Positions 56,439 through 64,000 of a DNA stretch of 64,000 bases are shown one piece after another. The notes under the pieces were generated by a model, which was not told where the DNA came from, did no database searches, and worked only from the letters and a program-made list of their open reading frames with translations. Source of the DNA: an uncultured Methanoregulaceae archaeon (GTDB taxonomy: Archaea > Halobacteriota > Methanomicrobia > Methanomicrobiales > Methanospirillaceae); contig OY970061.1 of the NCBI GenBank assembly GCA_963705255.1, positions 448,001 through 512,000 on the forward strand. The letters are read 5' to 3'. Position 1 is the stretch's first letter, and each line of letters opens with the position of its first letter. The position numbers and the translations under genes are program-made.

Positions 56439-56725
56439 ATGGTCCTGGTTACGTATGATGTGAACACAGAAACGCCGGAGGGCGGAGACGGCTCCGGCAG
56501 GTTGCAAAGGAATGCGAAAATTTCGGTCAGCGTGTACAGAATTCCGTCTTCGAATGTCTCGTCGACCCGGTCCAGTTCGCAAAACTCCAGCACGCGCTGA
56601 AAGGGATCATGGATAAAGAGAAAGACAGCATCCGGTTCTATTATCTCGGCGACAACTGGCAGAATCGTGTCGAACACTGTGGAAGCGGGAAGGGATACGA
56701 TCCGGAAGGTTTATTGATCACGTGA
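56439..56725 (+). CDS. cas2: Cas2, frameshift ~56481 (absent from the ORF track)
   Basis: MVLVTYDV...RRLRQVAKEC..FGQRVQNSVFEC...DSIRFY; needs one more G in GAGGG. Confidence 0.9.
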
Positions 56726-56943
56726 TCGCGAACCGAAAGCTCCCATCGCCTTCCCAAGAGGTTCGCGGGGAAAGTGAAGAACATGTATTTCAATATTCTT
56801 CGGTCTTTCCCAATCTCGAAGAGATTTTATTGCAGAACCTTCGGGGATTTGATCTTTCCCGTTCCGCTCAGATTTTCCTGCGATTGAGGTTTGATGAATG
56901 GGTAGCCTTTAATTTTTGGTGAGCGATGATCTAAACATTTGCA
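56726..56943 (+). promoter_or_regulatory. CRISPR leader
   Basis: Non-coding stretch between cas2 and the first repeat; contains the CGCGAACC/GGTTCGCG inverted repeat at 56727-56767. Confidence 0.8.
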
Positions 56944-58886
56944 GTCACGCCCCTCGCGGGCGTGTGGATTGAAATGTCTTCATCGATGTCTGCATGTATA
57001 TGGATGGGAACGTCACGCCCCTCGCGGGCGTGTGGATTGAAATAAGTTCTTCGGCAGTCATGATGGGGACGTCACAAGTCACGCCCCTCGCGGGCGTGTG
57101 GATTGAAATACGCTTCTCCCCATCGGTGTGACCCCGACCCCGACGTCACGCCCCTCGCGGGCGTGTGGATTGAAATCCGAGGGGATCGCAAGGTTCCATC
57201 CAGTCAACCGTCACGCCCCTCGCGGGCGTGTGGATTGAAATTGGTCAAGACGGATTAATAAATCGTGGTCAGTGAGTCACGCCCCTCGCGGGCGTGTGGA
57301 TTGAAATCCAAACCAATTACCGTAATTTGAACCTCCAAAAAGTCACGCCCCTCGCGGGCGTGTGGATTGAAATTCGTGCGCAGATCATAATTTGTCTGAC
57401 CCATTAAGTCACGCCCCTCGCGGGCGTGTGGATTGAAATCTGGCTTCCGATGTCACGGGGGGCAGCTCGTCAAGTCACGCCCCTCGCGGGCGTGTGGATT
57501 GAAATTCATCCAATTATTATCTTCAGACACCGATCATTGGTCACGCCCCTCGCGGGCGTGTGGATTGAAATAATGCTGGTCAAGCGAACGGGACCAGACG
57601 GTGTGTCACGCCCCTCGCGGGCGTGTGGATTGAAATCGATCCTTGTAACTGCGATCATATGGCTCTATGTCACGCCCCTCGCGGGCGTGTGGATTGAAAT
57701 CACAGTGGCCATATCCGATCACATCGTGGCTCTGGGTCACGCCCCTCGCGGGCGTGTGGATTGAAATGTTTACCGGGCATATTGACTCGTTTAGTGTGCC
57801 GTGTCACGCCCCTCGCGGGCGTGTGGATTGAAATTCTTTTACATCCCGCCGAGATGCACGATGCGGAGCGGTCACGCCCCTCGCGGGCGTGTGGATTGAA
57901 ATTTGATGATCTTGATATATTCCGGGTTTAGTTCGGTCACGCCCCTCGCGGGCGTGTGGATTGAAATTTCCCCCACCTCCAGCGTGACCGTGCCGGAAGT
58001 GGTCACGCCCCTCGCGGGCGTGTGGATTGAAATCTTTCGCTACGGCTTTAGTAACGACTTTATTGAGTCACGCCCCTCGCGGGCGTGTGGATTGAAATCG
58101 ATCCTTGTAACTGCGATCATATGGCTCTATGAGTCACGCCCCTCGCGGGCGTGTGGATTGAAATGGCAGAGCCGGTCAAGACCATGGATGAGATCAGTCA
58201 CGCCCCTCGCGGGCGTGTGGATTGAAATTCATCCAATTATTATCTTCAGACACCGATCATTGACGTCACGCCCCTCGCGGGCGTGTGGATTGAAATAGGC
58301 TTCTTTGTTTCAGGGGCCTTGACAGGTTCCGTCACGCCCCTCGCGGGCGTGTGGATTGAAATCCTGAGCTCAGCCATCATTTCCTGCCGGATCTGGGTCA
58401 CGCCCCTCGCGGGCGTGTGGATTGAAATGGCGAGCTCGGGTCTCTTGTCGGGTCTGTGGTCGTCACGCCCCTCGCGGGCGTGTGGATTGAAATTTATACC
58501 CGGACACGTTCGTCCGATACCAGGAGGTCACGCCCCTCGCGGGCGTGTGGATTGAAATAAAATGGGGAAGGGGAAGAAATAAATGCCCTCATGTCACGCC
58601 CCTCGCGGGCGTGTGGATTGAAATTTGCTATCAAACGGTTTATGCCGGCACGAATGCAGTCACGCCCCTCGCGGGCGTGTGGATTGAAATATCCTAGTCG
58701 TTGAAATCGAAACCAAGACCGTAGTCACGCCCCTCGCGGGCGTGTGGATTGAAATTCGCCCCTGCAATAACCAATCATCAACAGAACTGTCACGCCCCTC
58801 GCGGGCGTGTGGATTGAAATTATATCTATAAAGAACTCCTGCCGATGTATGTCCGTCACGCCCCTCGCGGGCGTGTGGATTGAAAT
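56944..58886 (+). CRISPR. type I-C array: 30 identical 32-nt repeats GTCACGCCCCTCGCGGGCGTGTGGATTGAAAT, 29 spacers of 32-36 nt
   Basis: Counted directly; 7-bp hairpin CACGCCC/GGGCGTG plus 11-nt 3' handle. Confidence 0.98.
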
Positions 58887-59016
58887 ATGAAATCCTCCAC
58901 ATTTTTTCACGATCTAGTTGAACATCTACCGGCCTTTCGCGACCCCCCTCATATTGCATCTTTTTAATGCAGAAAAAGACACATAGTACATTTGGTCCAA
59001 AAAGGAGTAATAGGAT

Positions 59017-59292
59017 ATGCCAAAGAACACCACTCCACTTACCGAGAAAGTTCTCGTCTCCATCGATACAAAACAGGCGTTGATGTCCATCAGGGAGCCG
59101 GGGGAACGGTACGGGGATGTAATCGAACGGGTGCTTCAGGACCGGAAGCGTCATGACTTCCTCGCACACCTGGATAAGATCGCAGAGGAAGGGGAATTCG
59201 TCCCGCTCAACAGCGATCCCGAATACGCGGCACTGAAAAAAGAGAGGCGTCGTGAGAGTAAACATCGACAAGCGGGCGCTGCAGTACGTTAA
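59017..59292 (+). CDS. putative type II antitoxin (RHH-like, archaeal)
   Basis: 91 aa, PGERYGDVIERVL motif; overlaps the downstream toxin-like gene. Confidence 0.7.
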   Translation: MPKNTTPLTEKVLVSIDTKQALMSIREPGERYGDVIERVLQDRKRHDFLAHLDKIAEEGEFVPLNSDPEYAALKKERRRESKHRQAGAAVR

Positions 59293-59518
59293 CCGCCTGC
59301 CGGAGAAGGATCGCAGGATCGTCAAACAGCATCTGATGGAACTTGAAGATCCCTATACTGCCCCGGATGTGGAGCTGTTACAGAACGGTCACTGCCGGAT
59401 GCATATCGCTCATTCCTATACTGCGTTCTTCGATGTCCTGCCCGGGGGCATTGTCAACATTCTCGAAGTTATGACAATCGAGGAAGCGCATAAGCGGTAC
59501 AAGCGGTTCGGGGGGTAA
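59252..59518 (+). CDS. RelE/ParE-family toxin
   Basis: 88 aa; AL.YVNRL.EK.RRIVK.HL, RMHIAHSY.AFF, TIEEAHKRY. Confidence 0.72.
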   Translation: MRVNIDKRALQYVNRLPEKDRRIVKQHLMELEDPYTAPDVELLQNGHCRMHIAHSYTAFFDVLPGGIVNILEVMTIEEAHKRYKRFGG

Positions 59519-59553
59519 TCGACCCTTTCGAGGTCCGCGAGACAGAGCCAATA

Positions 59554-59643
59554 AAGTTCCCCACACACGTGGGGATGAACCACTGTCTGTCTCGGCCCGG
59601 ATGAATACCGGCGCGAACTCCCTACACACACTGGGATGAATTA
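59554..59643 (+). CRISPR. orphan type I-E-like mini-array (two 29-nt repeats, one 32-nt spacer)
   Basis: AAGTTCCCCACACACGTGGGGATGAACCA (59554-59582) and GAACTCCCTACACACACTGGGATGAATTA (59615-59643); 20/29 identical, 61-nt period. Confidence 0.75.
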
Positions 59644-59719
59644 TTTCACTGCAATCCTCCAGGCGAAACATCCGCGGGAATAGGGATTGATCCCGGGGAA
59701 GAAATGCGGGGGATGAGAA

Positions 59720-60004
59720 TTACAACCGCTTATACTTTTTATGGGCCTGCTCAATAGTCAGGATCTCGTTGACGTAGACGGTTTTACCCTCGATCTCATA
59801 ATATACCGTGAAAGTGTGGCCGATATGAAGACGATAAATTTTGACACCCTCCTGGAGATTCAGCAGTTCTTTGTCCCCGCCCTTTCCGGGGTACGGATCG
59901 GTTTCAAAAATCTTGAGATGTGCCTTGATGATCCTTCTGCTTTTAACGTCAAGAGATAGAAAAAATTCACGGGCATCGGTATCGATGCAAACAGAAAAAC
60001 TCAC
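59720..60004 (-). CDS. RelE/ParE-family toxin, paralog of 59252-59518
   Basis: DPYPG.GGDKE, YRLHIGHTFTVYY, TIEQAHKKY. Confidence 0.78.
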   Translation of the reverse strand: MSFSVCIDTDAREFFLSLDVKSRRIIKAHLKIFETDPYPGKGGDKELLNLQEGVKIYRLHIGHTFTVYYEIEGKTVYVNEILTIEQAHKKYKRL

Positions 60005-60207
60005 GCTTCTAACTCCGAGAGCGAGACGTACTTATTTCGCTTTCTGATTCGCTTGGTCTCCTCGATCAGCAGGTTCTCTGAGTTTTTCCGGATAAGTTCA
60101 TTGATGACATCGTCATATGTCTGCCCGGGTTTCCTGAGCTGGTGAACTGTCTCCCATGTGCTTGGGCAAACGGGTATTCGCTTTGTTGCGCATTCCTGTG
60201 CAGTCAT
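60001..60207 (-). CDS. putative type II antitoxin (RHH-like)
   Basis: TKRIPV...KPGQTYDDVINEL; stop overlaps the toxin GTG start. Confidence 0.72.
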   Translation of the reverse strand: MTAQECATKRIPVCPSTWETVHQLRKPGQTYDDVINELIRKNSENLLIEETKRIRKRNKYVSLSELEA

Positions 60208-60225
60208 GACAAGATTGTTAGTATT

Positions 60226-60237
60226 GTAAATATTTAC
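60226..60237 (-). promoter_or_regulatory. palindromic TATA/operator candidate for TA module 2
   Basis: Perfect palindrome GTAAATATTTAC 19-30 nt upstream of ATG 60207. Confidence 0.45.
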
Positions 60238-60406
60238 TGTTTCTGTGCCGGACACTGTCACCGGTGTGGCCACACCTGCTGACCGGGGATTCCCATGTTA
60301 AGAACCCGCCGGATAGCATTTTCATCAAAACCAATTGATCCATTTCCTCCGAAAGCGGTGCCACTCACTAATAATCATCTCGTATCGCACTCACCGGATC
60401 CTTTCC

Positions 60407-61117
60407 TTACCGGTCCCCGGCACTGATCAGCTGCTCGTCCACCACCGCGTGGACAAGGGGCGGGAGGTCTCCCCAGCGGACCGTCGTCCCGCCCATGATG
60501 GCGAGGACGCCCCCGACCTCCCCCGGATCGAGCAGGTCCAGGACCGTGCGGTCGTCGGACCGGATCCGGTTGCAGACCGCGGTGGCCCATGCGTCGGCAA
60601 GGGCAACATCGTGCGAAAAGATGGTCACGGCGTCGGCAATGCCGAACGAGATGGAAGGGCCTACCGTTGCCGAAGAGGTGCAGATGCCGAGGATCCGGTC
60701 CTGTGGCGGGACAACGAACGCGACCCGGTTGGAGAGTGCAGCCTCGCCCGCGTGGACCCCGACCCTCACCGGGCGGTCGCTCACGAGGGCGATGTCGCCG
60801 CCGTTGTCAATAACCCCGAACGGTGCCCCTGCGGCCTGCATAGCCTCGACGCCCGCCCATGCGATCGCCCCGGCAACGGCAGCCATCGGCCCCACTCCCG
60901 CCCTGCGGGCCGCACCTGCCATGCGGACGATGATCCGCTCGTCCGAATCCGGCGTGTAGGGATCGAAGGTGGCTGCAAAAAAAGGGTCGCGGGCGATATG
61001 CCGTTCGAGCGCCTGCCGCGCCCCGAGGATGCCCTCCTTTGCCGCGGCGATGTGGGCCGGGTCATCGGCGAGGATCGTGGCTATGGTCTCCCGGAAGCGG
61101 AACGGCTCCCGGATCAT
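60407..61117 (-). CDS. UPF0280 ApbE-like protein
   Basis: GPMAAVAG, DNGGDI, CTSSATVGPSISFG.ADA; start at MIREPFRF. Confidence 0.88.
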   Translation of the reverse strand: MIREPFRFRETIATILADDPAHIAAAKEGILGARQALERHIARDPFFAATFDPYTPDSDERIIVRMAGAARRAGVGPMAAVAGAIAWAGVEAMQAAGAPFGVIDNGGDIALVSDRPVRVGVHAGEAALSNRVAFVVPPQDRILGICTSSATVGPSISFGIADAVTIFSHDVALADAWATAVCNRIRSDDRTVLDLLDPGEVGGVLAIMGGTTVRWGDLPPLVHAVVDEQLISAGDR

Positions 61118-61500
61118 AGCGGCAGGGAGAGCGCCCGGTGCGGGCACGCGTCCACGCACTTGCCGCAGAGGATACACCGCTCCTCGGCAAGGACCATCTT
61201 CCAGTCCGGGTCGAACGAGAAGACTTCCCGGGGGCAGACACTGATACAGGCACCGCAGTCCACGCACTCGCTCTCGTTCTTGTTGATGCCGTGCTCGAGG
61301 ATGCGGACCTGGGCGCCAAGACTGGTCATGGAGTCCCGGACCAGCCTGCACTGGTCGTCCGGCACATCGATCAGTGCCTCTCCCTCGGACGAATCGATCA
61401 CCGCACGCTCGACATTGATCAGGACACCGGTATCGCGGACTACCTGCGCGATGATCGGCTTCCTCCCCTTTCCCCGCGAGAAGTTGACGAGGAGTTTCAT
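61114..61500 (-). CDS. NIL domain + 2x[4Fe-4S] ferredoxin (MA1822-like homocysteine synthesis partner)
   Basis: CVDCGACISVCP and CILCGKCVDACP; ATGA overlap with the upstream gene. Confidence 0.88.
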   Translation of the reverse strand: MKLLVNFSRGKGRKPIIAQVVRDTGVLINVERAVIDSSEGEALIDVPDDQCRLVRDSMTSLGAQVRILEHGINKNESECVDCGACISVCPREVFSFDPDWKMVLAEERCILCGKCVDACPHRALSLPL

Positions 61501-63004
61501 TTCAGCCACCTCCCGCCGAGCAGTTTCCCGAGGTCCATTGCCGTCAGGAGGGCCACCACCCGGTGCTGCGGGTCGACCACCGGTAACGCGCTGATATTGT
61601 TCTGTTCCAGTTTCCTGATGGCAATATCCACCGATTCATCCGGGGTCGTCGTGATCACCTTGGTCTTCATGATATCCTTCACAAGATGTGCCTTGCCGGG
61701 GTTTGCCACGGCCTTGGAGACATCGAATGTCGTGACGATCCCGACCAGGGCCTGGTCGCCGTTCACCACCGGCAGGTGGTTGGTCTCTCCCCTGAGGAGT
61801 TTCTTTGCCGCAGTCCTGATCTCCTCGGTCTCCCCGATGGTGATCACGCTCTTGTCCATGATGTCCAGCACCCTCGGTCCCTTGGCGGACTGGTGCATCG
61901 GCCGTGCCACCTTTGCCGGGTCGATCATTCTCGTCGGCAGCGAGAGCTGCATGGTGCCTTTCTCCACCCACTTCTTCAGCTCGAGCGCGACCTGACGGGC
62001 CCTGCGGAAACTCGAGAGCGAGGAGGTCCGCACCTCCTCGCCATTGAGCTCCACGGTCCCGCTGCGGAGCTCCGCGTAGGTGACCTTCCTCATGACCGGG
62101 CGGTTCCGGCTCGGGACCCCGTAATCGAGGATATCGACGCTGATATCCTCATCGCCGACCGCGGTGGCACGGACAACGTCGATGTCGAGCACCGGGAGCG
62201 GCACACCGAGGCCGACATAGAGCGTCACCCCGTAGCCTGTCATGGTCGCGGCCCTCAGGAAGTCCTGGGACATCCGCTTGAGGTCGCCGGTGACCATCAG
62301 GGTGCCGAACCCCGCCGGGGAGTGCTGGGTGCCCTCCCCCACGACCATCCCCGGGGCCCCGCACAGGAAGATCGGGACGCCGCCGCCGATCAGCCTGAGC
62401 TTCGGGTCGTTCGAGAGCGGGTTTAAGAGGCCGGCACCCGAGTAGGTGATATTGGTGCACCCGGGAAGAAGGGTTCCCATGTAGGGTACTGAGCGTCCGA
62501 TCCGTCGTATTCGTTGCCGCATTGTAGCGCTGGTAGGCATTGCGCGGGTTGCACATGATCGCCTGGTTGAGGTTCTCCAGTACCGAGCTCCGTTGTGATC
62601 GTCCGCCTCGGGTAGCAGTCCGTCCCCCGTGAACTCGCGCGCAGTTCCACCGATTTCCCGGCAACAAGATCCTCTAACACGTGGGCCCCTCCGTACTCTT
62701 CCTCCAGGGTATCGGACTGCTGGGTTGCGCCGATGTAGGTATCCACCGCTGCCAGCCCGCCATAGGCCTCGACGTTGTTGAGCCAGATCCGCTCCATCCG
62801 TATCGGGGGTTCGGCATGCCCGAAGTTGATGAACGCGCCCGAGGAGCACATAGCCCCGAACGTACCGGTCGTGACAACGTCGACTTCCTTCAGTGCGCCC
62901 TCTTCCCCGAGTTCGGCAACGATCGCGGGCATCTCCTCCGCAGTCACCACGCGTGCGCTCCCGTCCCGGATGCGTTCATTGATCTGGCTGATGGACTTCT
63001 GCAT
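61497..63004 (-). CDS. DUF39-CBS homocysteine biosynthesis protein (aspartate semialdehyde sulfurtransferase, MA1821/MJ0100-like), frameshifts ~62584 and ~62485
   Basis: VDVVTTGTFGAMCSSGA, TDCYPR, NPRNAYQ, and two C-terminal CBS domains, spread over three frames. Confidence 0.9.
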
Positions 63005-63094
63005 GTTTTGGGATATGTTTTCATGAATATTAAAAGTAATTGCTATTACCTCAAGTAATAAATGCTATTTAATCCCCGGCGTCCATGATCCTGT

Positions 63095-63802
63095 ATGCAT
63101 GTTCGTACCTTCATCGAGGGGATGGAACGGCTTGCCCCCCCGGAACTCGCGGAGGAGTTCGATGCCGGGAAGATCGGCCTGGTTGTTGAGGGAATGACGG
63201 AGATCGCAAACGTCTTCTGCGCACTGGACGCGACACCGTTCGTAGTGAAACAGGCGGTTGCCGGCGAAGCTGATATGCTGGTGGTCCACCATACCCCCCT
63301 CTGGACGCCGGTCACGGCCATGACCGGGCGGACGGCCCTCCTGATGCGCGACCTCCTCTCATCCGGCATGAACCTCTATGTCATGCACACCAACTTTGAC
63401 CGGGCAGACGGTGGCGTCAACGACGCACTTGCCGGACTGCTCTCCCTTGGTGATTGTATTCCTATGTCCCTTGGAAAAGTCGGCAGCTGCACCATCCCCC
63501 TCCGGGAGATCTCCCGCAGGCTCGGGGGAAACCTCCGGGTCTGGGGAAAGATCCCGGAGATCAGAAAACTTGCCATCGTCGCGGGAAGCGGGTTTGACTT
63601 ATCGCTGCTGGAAGAGGCAGCAGATCTCAGTGCCGATGCTTTCCTATCGGCGGAGATGAAGCACTCGGTGGCGCGGTCGGCCCCGCTCCCCTGCATCGAA
63701 GCCAGCCATTACGCGCTCGAAGCCCCGGCCATGCGACAGCTTGCGCTCCGGCAGGGCTGGGATTATATTGACGATCCCCCGCTCTTCCAGACCGTCCCAT
63801 GA
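63095..63802 (+). CDS. Nif3-like dinuclear metal center protein
   Basis: VHHTP, MHTNFD...GVND, HYALE. Confidence 0.9.
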   Translation: MHVRTFIEGMERLAPPELAEEFDAGKIGLVVEGMTEIANVFCALDATPFVVKQAVAGEADMLVVHHTPLWTPVTAMTGRTALLMRDLLSSGMNLYVMHTNFDRADGGVNDALAGLLSLGDCIPMSLGKVGSCTIPLREISRRLGGNLRVWGKIPEIRKLAIVAGSGFDLSLLEEAADLSADAFLSAEMKHSVARSAPLPCIEASHYALEAPAMRQLALRQGWDYIDDPPLFQTVP

Positions 63803-64000
63803 GCGGGGTCTGGCAGCACCTTTCCGAAAGAAAGGTGCTCGATTCCGCCATGCGGGAGGAGATCGAAGCGGTATTCGGCAGCCGCGGGAAGAAGGCACTG
63901 GCGGCGATCGATGGAGCAAAGATCAAAAAGTACCTTGATTTTTTTGTTGTCGAAGGAAAGACTGCCCGCTACATCGTAGACGAGGACTTCTGCACGTGCG
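63799..64000 (+). CDS. SWIM zinc-finger protein (partial, runs off the window)
   Basis: ATGA overlap; KKYLDFFVVEG...YIVDEDFCTC. Confidence 0.75.
   Translation, partial: MSGVWQHLSERKVLDSAMREEIEAVFGSRGKKALAAIDGAKIKKYLDFFVVEGKTARYIVDEDFCTC

Noticed and set aside
48937-56725. CRISPR-Cas inactivation (4 of 7 cas genes frameshifted)
   Set aside because: The same single-base errors hit core genes such as DUF39, there are no in-frame stops, and the repeats are pristine; assembly artefact is more likely.
57426-58910. ORFs with VTPLAGVWIE and FQSTRPRGA repeats
   Set aside because: They are translations of the CRISPR repeats.
58927-58960. Possible degenerate terminal I-C repeat (GCCTTTCGCG...ATTGCAT)
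   Set aside because: Only a 10-nt core resembles the repeat, and the implied spacer of 40 nt is outside the 32-36 nt range.
60253-60259. Mini-array spacer starts matching TA upstream regions (CACTGTC here; CCTTTCG at ~58933)
   Set aside because: Seven-nt matches are expected by chance and do not extend.

Overview
Archaeal chromosome segment, most likely a Methanomicrobiales methanogen (inferred from TFE, aTrm56, the DUF39-CBS/NIL-ferredoxin/ApbE-like sulfur-assimilation trio and gene style). 1-40.2 kb is a mostly minus-strand, AT-richer surface-glycan island. It holds two NeuA/NeuB nonulosonic-acid modules (one with NeuC, one with a HisH/HisF/amidotransferase trio), five methyltransferases, a Wzm/Wzt exporter, and an rfbF-gtrA-rfbG-GT2-ThDP enzyme-dmpF-dmpG-SDR-SDR-rfbH block that predicts a branched higher-carbon sugar. 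An AAA+/DUF4143 ATPase, an integrase remnant and tRNA-Leu(GAG) close the island. 43-47 kb are core genes. 48.9-58.9 kb is a type I-C CRISPR-Cas locus with 30 identical repeats and 29 spacers. It is followed by two convergent RelE-type toxin-antitoxin pairs that enclose an orphan type I-E-like mini-array, then core genes. About 14 single-base frameshifts split genes. Ten lie at or beside RGCT, which suggests base-calling artefacts at a modified motif rather than real pseudogenes. All family calls come from motif recognition by eye, not database searches.
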